A model generated the notes under the pieces. The model was not told the DNA's origin, ran no database searches, and was given only the letters and a program-made list of their open reading frames with translations. A DNA stretch of 62,206 nucleotides, counting the filler, from Nemertoderma westbladi (Eukaryota > Animalia > Xenacoelomorpha): assembly GCA_032718475.1 (NCBI GenBank). It is 3 parts of 3 records of this genome, joined end to end, with 100 filler letters (N's around TTAATTAATTAA, not from the genome) between each part and the next. Parts side by side here need not be neighbours in the genome. Positions count along the whole stretch, not along the records: positions 1 to 26,755 come from JAUCBJ010003194.1; 2 more parts are not named here. The stretch is one strand, 5' to 3'. Of the stretch, positions 12,420 to 26,100 are shown piece after piece. The position numbers and the translations under genes are program-made. Positions within the stretch are counted from its first letter, which is position 1. Each line of letters begins with the position of its first letter.

Positions 12420-13758
12420 GCCTCTCCTCGGGAAAGGAGAGCTAGGTATACCAACAAACTATCGTGGGATCTGTCTGCTTGTGGTAGCTGCCAAAATATA
12501 CAATAAAATGATAGATTCATATAGGATTAGGCCTCACATAGAGAAACTACTGCGTAAGAGCCAAAACGGATTTCGTCCAAGTAGATCAACAATAGCTCAG
12601 ATACTTGCACTACGGAGACTGATTGAAGAAATTAAGTCAAAGAATCTCCCCGCAGTCATGACTTGTGCGGACTTCAAGAAGGCATTCGACTCCATCCATA
12701 GAGGCATAATGCTTGAAATCCTAAGAGCTTATGGAATACCAGAAGTAATTGTTGCTGGCATTGGATTGTTATATTGTGACACAGAAGCGCAGGTACTCTC
12801 ACCAGATGGTGAAACTGAGTTTTTCTCAATCCTGGCTGGCGTACTGCAAGGCATGACACATTAGCACCATTACTATTTGTCATTGTGCTGGATTACGCAA
12901 TGAGGACGGCCACAAAGGGTGAAGATCTGGGATTCACACTTCAGGAACGCAGAAGTAGTAGATATCCGGCAACTACAGTCACAGACACCGACATTGCGGA
13001 TGACATCGCCCTGATCTCTAATACTCTAGCAGATGCACAGCTTCTACTAAATAAAGTGGAGAGGGCTGCTAAGGAGGTTGAATTGCATATAAATGCTACC
13101 AAGACCGAATTCAAGACCTTTAATGTTGATGGAATCTTGACAACCATTGATAATAATCAACTAAGGAAGGTCGACGACTTCCAGTACCTTGGATCATGGA
13201 TAGAGAGTAGCAAAAAGGACATAGAAGTTAGGAAAGCAAAGGCTTGGGTAGCTCTATCAAAAATGGATACCATCTGGAAATCAGATCTCTCCAGGCACCT
13301 GAAGACTAAGTTCTTTCGAGCTACAGTGGAAAGTTTATTTTTATACGGGAGTGAGACCTGGACACTGACTAAATCACGTGGACAACGAATTGATGGTTGC
13401 TACACAGGACTACTAAGGGCAGCCCTAAACATCAGCTGGAGACAACACATGACAAACGCCGAGCTTTATGCCACCTGTATATATATACCACCTGTATCAA
13501 CCACCCCCGGTGAACGCAGATTAAGATTCAGTGGGCACTGCTGGCGAAGTAAAGACGAGGTCATACCAGATCTACTTCTCTGGCAACCAACTCATGGAAA
13601 GCGTAGTCGTAACATAACATACCGTCCATAACATATATAGATCAACTTCAAATTCACTTTCGGGAGAAACGAAATTGCGACAACTATGGAGAATCGGGAA
13701 GCCTGGAAGGATCTCATTTCCACTGTCCGAGTTCGTTCGACCTAGTAGTAGTAGTAGT
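12420..13758 (+). mobile_element. 5'-truncated RTE-like LINE (second family) with (TAG)n tail
   Basis: SQNGFRPSRST, DFKKAFDS, GVLQG, DIADD, FQYLGS, RRLRFSGHC; ends CGACCTAGTAGTAGTAGTAG. Confidence 0.9.
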
Positions 13759-14218
13759 CGTTTGATTTATGGAAATAAATATTAATTTGTATAATTAAAT
13801 TTTCCATAAAATATTTAGTGCTGGAAGAATTGTTTTTGGCCTTGACAAGTAATTATTTTAGGGAGATTGAATAATTGTAACTGTTCACGTAGCAAATCTA
13901 CTAATATTATAATAGTCGTATGATATATATAAATGAAAGTATGATATTTATTGTTATTACCCACCAACAATGGCATAGAATAACCACATCAAATTGCAAT
14001 CGCCATGAATATTCATTTAGTATCAATATTCAAGAATTTAATACGAGTGATATTATTGATCGTTTTAAATGATTTTTGCCATGCTGAATTATTTCGATTG
14101 ATATAATTGGTCGTTTTAAATAATGTTTTTCAACTTAATTATTTCGCTTGATATTATTGATCGATTTAAATAATGTTTCAAAACTGCATTATTTTGTTTA
14201 ATATTATAGGTTGACTTA

Positions 14219-15271
14219 AGGGGGGTAGCTTCCCCAAACTGAACCTCATATTTTTGTGTCTCTGGATCCTAAAATTGGGTGAAAAATATTTTTTGTGCTA
14301 CTAAACATCGTCTGGACTGTGTAAGAATAACCAAACCAAATATTTATTAAATTGGCCCCGTAAAATGAAATAAAATGGCTCCGTAATGGGGAAAAGTGCC
14401 CTTTTGCGCCAAGGGCTTTTTCTCTACCTACTGTATATTTGTTCAAATTTGTCAAAATTTTGAATATAAGTTCAGAAGAACATCCAATTCTTCTCAACAA
14501 ATTTTGCCTCAAATGCTCTAGCGCCTTTTTAGAACAAAAAGGCCCCAAAAAAGGGCTTTTTTGCCTTTTTGATATAAAAAAGATCCAGGGCATTTCCAAC
14601 CAAATTTGTTCAGAAGAAGTATGGAGAAAGGTATTCTTAACAAGTGTACAAAATTTCAATTCATTTAAGTTGAAATTTGCGGAGAAATATCCTTTTTCAT
14701 GAAAAAACGTTATTTTGAGATATGGGTGTTTACAGTTCAAGGAACAATTCAAACCTTGCCGCTATTATAGATAATACCACTTTTCTATGTTTAACAGACG
14801 ATCAACTTGAAAGGGATACTGAACTTTGGAGAAACGAAATTGCGACAACTATGGAGAATCGGGAAGCCTGGAAGGATCTCATTTACACTGTCCGAGTTCG
14901 CCCGACCTAGTAGTAGTAGTAGTAGTATGTTTAACAATAATTTTAACTTTGTCAAAAATGAATGAAATTCCACGAAATTTTTCATGCTTGCTAAACAGAT
15001 ACCCAACTAGTAAAACAACGTTTTAGCAATTTTATTCATATTTGTATGTGGAAGCCTTTTTTATGAAAAGGGCCCCGCATAATTATAAAATATAGTGCTG
15101 CTCGAAGGCTTGTCAAAAACAGACTAGCTCTTACGTTTTGGCTATGAACTTTAGTTTAAGGAAAGATATGAGAAAACTGCTTGCAGATTTGAAATCTCCA
15201 GTAAATTCGGCACATGATAGAATAAAAAAAGATTTTTGTCAATTTCCAAAATAGGGGAATGCTACGCCCCT
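14219..15271. mobile_element. Non-autonomous Kolobok-like (TTAA-type) DNA element
   Basis: Left TTAAGGGGGGTAGCTTCCCC and right GGGGAATGCTACGCCCCTAA are imperfect inverted repeats. The superfamily is inferred from the TTAA-like flanks and purine termini. Confidence 0.6.
14797..14925 (+). mobile_element. ~130-bp LINE 3'-end insertion with (TAG)n tail and 11-bp TSD
   Basis: Matches 13640-13758; flanked by TATGTTTAACA at 14786-14796 and 14926-14936. Confidence 0.9.
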
Positions 15272-15360
15272 AACCAACTAAACCCTAACCAAAAAAAAAA
15301 CAAACAAAACAAATACGTAGGTGTATGCGAACGTAGTGAATATAAACGCAAAATAAATTT

Positions 15361-15432
15361 CTCCCCGACCGGGAATTGAACCCGGGTCTTGCATGTGACA
15401 GACGCAGATACTAACCACTATACTATCGAGGA
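15361..15432 (-). tRNA. tRNA-Asp(GTC)
   Basis: Reverse complement TCCTCGATAGTATAGTGGTTAGTATCTGCGTCTGTCACATGCAAGACCCGGGTTCAATTCCCGGTCGGGGAG folds into a cloverleaf with anticodon GTC, intact A/B boxes and a TTTT terminator just downstream. Confidence 0.95.
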
Positions 15433-15784
15433 GCTCGAAGGCATGAGAGCTGTATAGTAAGTTGTAAGTTAATAAGATGAGTATAGAATGTAAGACGACT
15501 AGATTTCGTAGGTGGGAACGTCATTGAAGTGAAGCATTTTTTGACACATGAATCTTGATTCATTGTTTATTTAGGCCTACCCACTCCATAAAATACAATT
15601 TTTCTTCAGTTTATCAGTTTCAATAATAAATACAATTTCCCAACATTTTACATTATAAATCGTAATTCCCAATTAATCGTTTTCTAGAATATTAAATTAC
15701 AGTTAAGAGTTATTACACATCATGACCACTGGTCAGTGTGTCAGTTACAAATGGTAAAAATAGTGAACAAACAAAATAAGTTAC

Positions 15785-15968
15785 ATATTATACATGTCCA
15801 TATATGCATTTGCATCACGGCATATTATATGCGTGCATGTAAGCATTTGCATATTGTCATATATGCATGCAGGCATATATTCGTGCATATATGCTATTGC
15901 ATACGTGCATTTATGCATTTGCATACGTACGTGCATATATGCATGCACCAATGCCTGGTTTGGCATGC
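15785..15968. repeat. Low-complexity TGCATA/ATGC-rich tract
   Basis: Dense irregular TGCAT/GCATA motifs. Confidence 0.65.
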
Positions 15969-17417
15969 CCAGTTTACGCCCCTCCAGTTTGTACGTTGTG
16001 TTGATGGTTGCCAGACCTTGACATGCAAACCTTACTGAGCACTGAGGTGGGGGGAGGGGGGGGGGCTTTCAGGATTTCCCGCCTGGCGCCATAGATACCC
16101 AAGGCTAGATCCGCCAAAGTTTGTATATCGTCATTATGAAAGGCCTTGTTTCAGGTTCTAAAACAAAACGCGAATGGGTTTATTTAAATTAAATGTATTT
16201 TGTATATAAAATGAAAATGGATATAAAAAAAACATCAAATAAATAAGACAGCACCAATAAATTTACTTGAGGCCTACTAAACAGTGATTGTATCACAAGA
16301 CAATAATTGTGGATAATTTTTTAGATTTCCCGCAAACATTTATTGATAAATAATTAATTATACGTTGCACGGCATCCATTCCTGCATGATCTTCAGATAC
16401 ATGGAATGTTTTATATTGAAACCCGGCTGTTGAAAACGCCATCTTGGTTGGGGCTACACATACCGATCAACTATCAACTGCTAACCGAATGAATGAATGC
16501 ATGTCTGGGTCTCCAGTAGTTCAGTTTATTTCATTTGTTAAATAATTTTTGTAAAGTTTATATTAGCTGTACACTGTACAGCTGTACAGCCTTTGAAGGT
16601 TTTGCTATTAGCAGTTTCGAATCAAATTATTGTTTCCAAATCTTTAATCAAATTATTCAATTAATGTTTCCAATATAGTTCACTTTTATACCTGAGTTTC
16701 TACATATAAATATATTATTGTAAACATTTTAAAATATTTTAAAATGATCCCCAGCAATTAAAAGATAAAATAAAAGTCAACTCAGTCCTACCAACTGGAG
16801 CAGTATTCTCTAGAGCACTGTATTTAACTACATGTAAATGACATTTCTGAGACGGTGAATTATTATGGAAATCATAACTTCATAATAAGTTATAATAATT
16901 ATAGTCCGGCAGATATTGCATTACAAATCTTATTGAGTGTGTATGTAAATAGCTGGACTGGACATCGTGGGGCGAGTAAATACTGCGAGCCATCAGCGAA
17001 CTGTTATAGCCAATATATCCAGCCATATAGTATAATTATAATTGTTCGCTGAGATGGGTTACCTACCGAAATCACATTGACTATAGTATCCCCCGGACCT
17101 CCGATATATACGACATACGTGATTTAGTGTAAAAACGGCTGATATTTGGTGGACTATAAATCATCAACCATTCCTTCTATCTATTTTGAATCATTAATTA
17201 GTTTATTTTTGTTTAATTAATTAAATAATAAATTTGTGTAATTTATTTTCAATAAGTTTTTAAACAATTTTAACAAATATAAAATATATGATCGCTATTT
17301 ACATATAAAATATTATTTGCATCTCAACAAATAATTAATATAATAAAAAAATAAGCAAAAATAAATATATATTGAAAAGCGAAGAGTAGATTAAGTAGAT
17401 TGTAATGCGGAGAGGGA

Positions 17418-20293
17418 GAAGAATGGTACCCCACCAGAGAATGGTACTTCACCGGAGAATGGTACCTCACCAGAGAATGGTACTTCACGGGAGAATGGTA
17501 CCTCACCAAAGAATGGTAACTCACCAGAGAATGGTACCTCACCAGAGAATGGTACCTCACCGGAGAATGGTACCACACCAGAGAATGGTACCTCACCGGA
17601 GAATGGTACCTCACCAGAGAATGGTACCTCACCAGAGAATGGTACCTCACCGGAGAATGGTACCTCACCGAAGAATGGTACTTCACCGGAGAATGGTACC
17701 TCACCAGAGAATGGTACTTCACGGGAGAATGGTACCTCACCAAAGAATGGTAACTCACCAGAGAATGGTACCTCACCAGAGAATGGTACCTCACCGGAGA
17801 ATGGTACCACACCAGAGAATGGTACCTCACCGGAGAATGGTACCTCACCAGAGAATGGTACCTCACCGGAGAATGGTACCTCATCTGAGAATGGTACCTC
17901 ATCTGAGAATGGTACCTCACCGGAGAATGGTACCTCACCAGAGAATGGTACCTCATCGGAGAATGGTACCTCACCGAAGAATGGTACCACACCAGAGAAT
18001 GGTACCTCACCGGAGAATTGTACCTCACCGAAGAATGGTACCACACCAGAGAATGGTACCTCACCGGAGAATGGTACCTCACCAGAGAATGGTACCTCAC
18101 CGGAGAATGGTACCTCACCAGAGAATGGTACCTCACCAGAGAATGGTACCTCACCAGAGAATGGTACCTCACCGGAGAATGGTACTTCACCGGAGAATGG
18201 TACCACACCAGAGAATGGTACCTCACCAAAGAATGGTAACTCACCGGAGAAAGGTACCTCACTAGAGAATGGTACCCCACCGGAGAATGGTACCTCATCT
18301 GAGAATGGTACCTAATCTGAGAATGGTACCTCACCGAAGAATGGTACCACACCAGAGAATGGTACCTCACCGGAGAATGGTACCTCACCAGAGAATGGTA
18401 CCTCACCAGAGAATGGTACCTCACCGGAGAATGGTACCTCATCTGAGAATGGTACCTCATCTGAGAATGGTACCTCACCGGAGAATGGTACCTCACCAGA
18501 GAATGGTACCTCACCGGAGAATGGTACCTCACCGAAGAATGGTACCACACCAGAGAATGGTACCTCACCGGAGAATGGTACCTCACCGAAGAAAGGTACC
18601 ACACCAGAGAATGGTACCTCACCGGAGAATGGTACCTCACCGGAGAATGGTACCACACCAGAGAATGGTACCTCACCGGAGAATGGTACCTCACCAGAGA
18701 ATGGTACCTCACCGGAGAATGGTACCTCATCTGAGAATGGTACCTCATCTGAGAATGGTACCTCACCAGAGAATGGTACCTCACCGGAGAATGGTACCTC
18801 ACCAGAGAATGGTACCTCACCAGAGAATGGTACCTCACCAGAGAATGGTACCTCACCGGAGAATGGTACTTCACCGGAGAATGGTACCACACCAGAGAAT
18901 GGTACCTCACCAAAGAATGGTAACTCACCGGAGAAAGGTACCTCACCGGAGAATGGTACCTCACTAGAGAATGGTACCCCACCGGAGAATGGTACCTCAT
19001 CTGAGAATGGTACCTAATCTGAGAATGGTACCTCACCGAAGAATGGTACCACACCAGAGAATGGTACCTCACCGGAGAATGGTACCTCACCAGAGAATGG
19101 TACCTCACCAGAGAATGGTACCTCACCGGAGAATGGTACCTCATCTGAGAATGGTACCTCATCTGAGAATGGTACCTCACCGGAGAATGGTACCTCACCA
19201 GAGAATGGTACCTCACCGGAGAATGGTACCTCACCGAAGAATGGTACCACACCAGAGAATGGTACCTCACCGGAGAATGGTACCTCACCGAAGAAAGGTA
19301 CCACACCAGAGAATGGTACCTCACCGGAGAATGGTACCTCACCGGAGAATGGTACCTCACCAGAGAACGGTACCTCACTGGAGAATGGTACTTCACCAGA
19401 GAATGGTACCTCACCGGAGAATGGCACTTCATCTGAGAATGGTACCTCACCAGAGAATGGTACCTTACCAGAGAATGGTACCTCACCAGAGAATGGTACC
19501 TCACCAGAGAATGGTACCTCACCGGAGAATGGTACCTCACCAGAGAATGGTACCTCACTGGAGAATGGTACCTCACCGGAGAATGGTACCTCACCGGAGA
19601 ATGGTACCTCACCAAAGAATGGTAACTCACCGGAGAAAGGTACCTCACCAGAGAATGGTACCTCACCGGAGAATGGTACCTCACCAGAGAATGGTACTTC
19701 ACCGGAGAATGGTACTTCACCGGAGAATGGTACCTCACCAAAGAATGGTACTTCACCGGAGAATGGTACCTCACCAGAGAATGGTACCTCACCGGAGAAT
19801 GGTACCTCACCGGAAAATGGTACCTCACCGGAGAATGGTACCTCACCAGAAAATGGTACCTCACCAGAGAATGATACCTCACCGGAGAATGGTACCTCAC
19901 CGGAGAATGGACCTCACCGGAGAATGGTACCTCACCGGAGAATGGTACCTCAACGGAGAATGGTACCTCACCGGAGAATGGTACCTCACCGGAGAATGGT
20001 ACCTCACCAGAAAATGGAACCTCACCAGAGAATGGTACCTCACCGGAGAATGGTACCTCACCGGAGAATGGTAACTCACCGGAGAATGGTACCTCACCAG
20101 AGAATGGTACTTCACCGGAGAATGGTACCTCACCAGAGAATGGTACTTCACGGGAGAATGGTACCTCACCAAAGAATGGTAACTCACCGGAGAAAGGTAC
20201 CTCACCAGAGAATGGTACCTCACCGGAGAATGGTACCTCACCAGAGAATGGTACTTCACCGGAGAATGGTACCTCACTGGAGAATGGTACCTA
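17418..20293. repeat. 18-bp minisatellite, ~160 copies
   Basis: Unit GAGAATGGTACCTCACC(A/G), containing the GGTACC palindrome; blocks of variant units recur. Confidence 0.98.
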
Positions 20294-20619
20294 CACAGTG
20301 CCACGGTAAATTATAGGTATGTCATGGGAGTAGAAATTAGAAACTTGACTGGTGAACGTGTGAAACACGAAACACTGGAGGCAACCCGAATGCTCCTCTC
20401 TCTTGGCTGTTACCAATAAGGCAGGAAGGGGCCACACTAACTCCACCAGCTATCTGGTGGCTTGGGAATAGCACAGCTGCATTTAGTGCCACAGGAGATG
20501 TATCGTGATGGCCAGTGTCTGAATTTTAATGATGGAGTTATTATTATTTAGCTTTGGTTACTTTCAGTGACACGTTTGACACTGTAGTACATCATTCCTA
20601 CTACTTACTACCTACCTAC

Positions 20620-23162
20620 CTACCTAGGTGCCCATACACTATCATCTCTCTGCTTTAGTTCGCACCTATAAACAATCAACAGAGGCCCAAGGCATGTATC
20701 GAAATCATCGAGAAGGATCTTCCTGAGTTCATCTTCCATCTCTTTCTCCTGGAACTGGCTGATAATTCGGAGGGCCTCGGCGACCCGTACAACTCCGATA
20801 TCGGACTCGCACCGGATCCGGACACGGAGAGCCCAGTCCCGTTCCGGGTCCGGACGGCCGCGTGCGACGATGGACCCGGGGATAGTAGAGCGAGTGGTGG
20901 TTTCCCTGAGGGTTCGCAGCGCCGAGCCTACGGGGATCTCGTCGTACTCAACCTCGGACTCCTCCTCCACCTCACTGAGCTCCTCCGCTTCGTCGTAGAC
21001 CTCGGCTTCCGGCGGTGTCACATTCAGAGTCGAATCCAAAAGCGTCCGGAAACACTCCAGTTCGTCGTCGTCAGCCTCCAACCGACCGGTGGAAGCGTCT
21101 CCTCCACCGGCCTCGTTGCTAGACTCCTTTTCGCTTCGCTCCCGACTTAGTAACTCCAACTCGGCCTCCAACGGGTAATCCGTATCCATCGGGTCCACGA
21201 ACGCTTCCTCGACCTCATCGCAGATCGCCATCCTCTCCGCTCGCTTAATCAACGACGCCTTCAGCCGCGCAATCTGGGGATCCTTGGCTGGCAGCTCAAA
21301 GTCCGGTTGGTCCATGGCGACGGCAGTGACGTCACGTATCCCGATGACGTCACCATCAGGAACAGAAAGACGTCGAGGTGGAACCACGGCGACCGGTCGG
21401 CTCGATGGAACAGCGCTAAGGGCCACGGCTAAGTCTAAGGGAGCAATGACCGAGCGGACGTGACCTCGGGGGTCAACGACCGCACGTACAGGAGTTCCCA
21501 CGTCCGACACCCGCCCCGGTTCCTCCAACCGTTTGCGTTCCCTACGTCGCGCTCTCGCGGATAGATTGCAGGACCGAGTCACGTCGGTTGAGCTGTCCGC
21601 ATCGGCAGACCGACTGTCGGCCTGTCCCACCTGTCCGTCAATCTGCCCCACCTGCCCGTCAATCTGTCTCACATTTCCGTCAATCTGTCCCACTTGTCCG
21701 TCAATCTGTCCCACCTGTCCGTCAGTCTGTCCCACCCGACCGTCAGACTGTCCCGTCCCGGCCGTCGTTCTCTTAGTGACGGACGGCGGGTTGGCAGACC
21801 TCGGTAGCTGTGGCAACGGCCGCGCCTCATTGCCTAGCAACCTTTGTATAGGAGATGCCGGAATAAAGACCCCGCTGCGGTCCATTGTGTCCCGTATGTT
21901 GAGTCCCGACACTATGTCGTCCACTCTGTTCGCCATAAGGGTGTGTTCGCCAGGGGTCTTCGGAGCTCCAGAGATCGGTCTATCCAACAGGTTGCCATGG
22001 GGCGAAGGCTCCTGGGCAGCAGAGAGGTTACTAATTTCCGGAAACCCAGGTGAGATTTCCACTTCCGGTAGTCGAGATGGTATATCATGTAAGTAAGGCG
22101 TTACTTCCGGTATTCTGTGTGGCACTTCCGGTATGATGGGCGTCACTTCCGGTATGATGGGCGTCACTTCCGGTATGATGGGCGTTACTTCCGCTATGAT
22201 GGGCGTTACTTCCGGAACACGAGGTGATACTTCCGGCTCTCTAAGTGCCACATCCGGCGCTGATAAGGCGACGCCAGATTTTGAGTCCATTCTCAGTGCC
22301 ACATCGTGTGGTCTTTGCGTTCTTCCCTCTGACTCCGACAACGAGTCATCCTTGTGTGATGGTGGTCGCAACCACGGAATAATATTGTTAGACGGTACCT
22401 TGGGGTTGGGAGGAGGGGGTTGAGGAAGCTCCCTAGCAGCGGGTTCCGGTAGCTCCCTAGCAACGGGTTGAGGTAACTCCCTAGCAGCAGGTTTCATTAG
22501 CTCCTTAGCAACGGGTTCCGGTAGCTCCCTAGCAACATGCTTCCGTATCGGAGAATGGTGACCCTTTATCGGGGCAGATGGTACGTTGGGTCTCGGGGCA
22601 GATGGTACGTTGGGTCTCGGGGCAGATGGTACGTTGGGTCTCAGTGGAATCGGAACTTCCACCGGTAGACCTATCCTGCTCACCCGACTTGGTCGAGGCG
22701 GCGGTGTCGGTGTAACCTCAGGTACTATCTCGCCTACAGATAACCCCTTGGGATCAGTCGGTCCAACTAGTTCACTAGAAGTTATCGGTTTGGACCGAAC
22801 GTGTCTGTTTGGTTTGGACATTTTCTTTGGATCTTTTACGATTTTCGCAGTTTCTTTAAGGAAATACGCCATGTGGGATCTAACGTAGGGAGACTTGAGT
22901 ATCTTCGATACGGTTGGCCGTCTGGCCGGTGATTTGTCCAGCATTCCTTTGAGTAAATTGATAAGTTCATTGCTGTACTCTGTCGGCATGCGCGGTAGAC
23001 CCCCTGCGAGGACTTTGGAGATGAGCGAGTTGATGTCCTTCGCGTTGAAGGCGTGTTTCAACGTACACATCTCGTAAACACAGCAGCCCAGCGCCCAGAC
23101 ATCGGATTTGTGGTTGTAGGGCAGATTGGAGAAGAGCTCCGGTGACATATAGTAAGGGGTTC
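20620..23162 (-). CDS. NEK4: NEK4-like kinase, terminal exon (kinase C-lobe + long low-complexity tail)
   Basis: Begins after acceptor TTTTAAG with (G)TPYYMSPELFSNLPYNHKSDVWALGCCVYEMCTLKHAFNAKD; open frame to the stop at 20620. Confidence 0.92.
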
Positions 23163-26100
23163 CTTAAAATAAATATAAATTATTAATTAATTAAAATTTA
23201 ATAATTTAATAAATAATTTTTAAAATTAATATTAAATGAATCACCGGTGCGATTGTGGTAAAATTATTAAACTCAATTAAAGTAATAAAATAAATAAAAT
23301 TGCACATGCAAGTAGAATATGAAATTTATTAAAACTAATTTTAATTAAGAATGGGACATTCATGATTTAAAACGGGGTAACCGCATTTGATATCCCAACT
23401 GGAATAGAACATCTCTAATAAATACGGAGTAACCGTATTCGATTTCCCAACCACCAACACACAAATTAAAATTGGAAAAAAATGCGATAAAAAGGCCGAG
23501 TTCATTATTGAGCGAGATGTGACTTAAGCGCCTAAATATGGTAAGCGGATACTGAGGTAATCTCAGTTGGACAGATTAATGTATTCCTTCGGCCATCACC
23601 AGGATTAAATATAAAATATACCAAACAAAAATACTACCAAGCTGTCAGTTCACCTCCCTCCACTACCCTCGGCTACCAAGCTGTCAGTTCACCTCCCTCC
23701 ACTACTCTCGGCTACCAAGCTGTCAGTTCACCTCCCTCCACTACCCTCGGCTACCAAGCTGTCAGTTCACCTCCCTCCACTACTCTCGGCTACCAAGCTG
23801 TCAGTTCACCTCCCTCCACTACTCTCGGCTACCAAGCTGTCAGTTCACCTCCCTCCACTACTCTCGGCTACCAAGCTGTCAGTTCACCTCCCTCCACTAC
23901 CCTCGGCTACCAAGTTGTCAGTTCACCTCCCTCCACTACTCTCGGCTACCAAGCTGTCAGTTCACCTCCCTCCACTACTCTCGGCTACCAAGCTGTCAGT
24001 TCACCTCCCTCCACTACCCTCGGCTACCAAGCTGTCAGTTCACCTCCCTCCACTACTCTCGGCTACCAAGCTGTCAGTTCACCTCCCTCCACTACTCTCG
24101 GCTACCAAGCTGTCAGTTCACCTCCCTCCACTACTCTCGGCTACCAAGCTGTCAGTTCGCCTCCCTCCACTACTCTCGGCTACCAAGCTGTCAGTTCGCC
24201 TCCCTCCACTACTCTCGGCTACCAAGCTGTCAGTTCACCTCCCTCCACTACTCTCGGCTACCAAGCTGTCAGTTCGCCTCCCTCCACTACTCTCGGCTAC
24301 CAAGCTGTCAGTTCACCTCCCTCCACTACCCTCGGCTACCAAGCTGTCAGTTCACCTCCCTCCACTACCCTCGGCTAACACGCTGTCAGTTCACCTCCCT
24401 CCACTACCCTCGGCTACCAAGCTGTCAGTTCACCTCCCTCCACTACCCTCGGCTACCAAGCTGTCAGTTCACCTCCCTCCACTACCCTCGGCTACCAAGC
24501 TGTCAGTTCACCTGGCGATTATTGAAATAGGGTCACACTTAGCATCAACAAATTAACATCAATATCACCAAAAACGGTTTCCATATCCTAAAAGTACAGT
24601 ATCCATCCAAAGTGTAGAAAATGGGTGTGGATAAATAAATATTTGACGGCTTAGAAAAAATACTGGGATATAAAGTCTCGTGAAAATTAATCAGATATTT
24701 GTGCTAATAATTTGCCTTTTTCATGTTAATTTAAAATGAATATGATGGGCACTGTCATGCAAATGGAAGTATAATTTAGAAGCACCCCCAAGCACCACTT
24801 CAGTAGAATATTTCACAAAAAAAAATATTGCATTTCAATAAGCCTTCCTGCCAAAAAAAAAATGTTTTGCAAACTACTGCGCTGGAAATTCCGTCAGTCA
24901 CAGAAAATAATAGTAAAGTTTAGTTATACTGAAAAAGAAAGGCTTTCTGGAAAACTTTCCTATCCACAAATTCAGATAATATCATGACGAAAATACATGA
25001 GCAATATTAATGCTATCCGATAAAAGGAATACCTAAATTGGAAGCGAACTAAAAAAATCCGTCAGTCACATGTGACTGACGGAATTTCACATTAAGGTGG
25101 TGAAATAAGGCATTGCCTTTATCTGATGTCGGCTAATGTTTGAAAGCTAATAATTCAGCCAATCTCTGAAGAAATGATACCAAATTTCAAACTTGGTACT
25201 TATGAGTCTGTCGAAAGTCTGAAATAGAATTTGCGTGGAGGATTCAACAGTTCTCCAGACGCCCGCTAGAGGGCGATCAGGCAACGGTTAAATAATGGTA
25301 CCCGTATAATAAGCTTGATTACTATAGATTGTCAGACGGCCTCTGGCAATCATTGATCTGTTATTGTTGTTTCTTTCGATCCCTCTTGTTTGTTATCATA
25401 AAATTATAATTGATATCTTTAGGGGGCCTCGACTACCATAAAAAAATTTTTGTAAAATTTTGCAAATTTATTTTTATTCGATAATGAAGTGAAATTTAAC
25501 GGAGATTATCTTAAAACGGCTTAGCAGTAGCTCTTTTAGTTTTCGAGTTTGACACTTTTCATAAACTGAAAACAATTGAAAATAATTTTGGTGCAAAATG
25601 TTTAACTGCAAATCTCAGAATATTTTTTCCCGACTTTAGCAACGTAAAACCCTACTCCATCTACAATTATTTATGTCCAAATTATCTGAAATTTTCACAG
25701 ATTGTCTAGGTTGTGACTGCACAAAACTATCCAATTACTTTTTGAAATAATAAGTTATTATAATTTAATACAAATTTATAACTGTCTTAAAAACAGCACA
25801 TTTTTGCAGCGCTCCCTAGCGGCACCAACTTATTTTCATTGAAATTCGCCTGATAGATATGTTGCCCCACCTTTGCTCTATCACATAAAAAACTTTCATG
25901 TTACCAGAATTAAATCTGTAGAAGCCTTAGGGTTTGTTTAAGCGCAAACACCTTTTTATTTATTTTATCCTTTATATACTTTTTTATATCCTTTTTATAC
26001 TTTTTTATTTTAACTAATATTAAATAAGTGAAAATTTAAAATGTTCAGTCACACTTGTAGAATAATATCTTGGAAACCTACAAGCTCAATCCAAGCACTT

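Noticed and set aside
17324-20316. 858-aa and other ORFs (VRYHSP / RMVPH / GEVPFS repeats)
   Set aside because: By-product of an 18-bp stop-poor unit; open on both strands and with no unique domain.
21533-22096. Cys-rich CPTCPSI metallothionein-like ORF
   Set aside because: Antisense reading of the NEK4 GQVGQID repeat.
22549-22562. CGGAGAATGGT in the NEK4 exon matching the 18-bp satellite
   Set aside because: An 11-bp match is too short to infer origin.
23915-24556. 213-aa repeat ORF
   Set aside because: 39-bp satellite inside the NEK4 intron, on the antisense strand.
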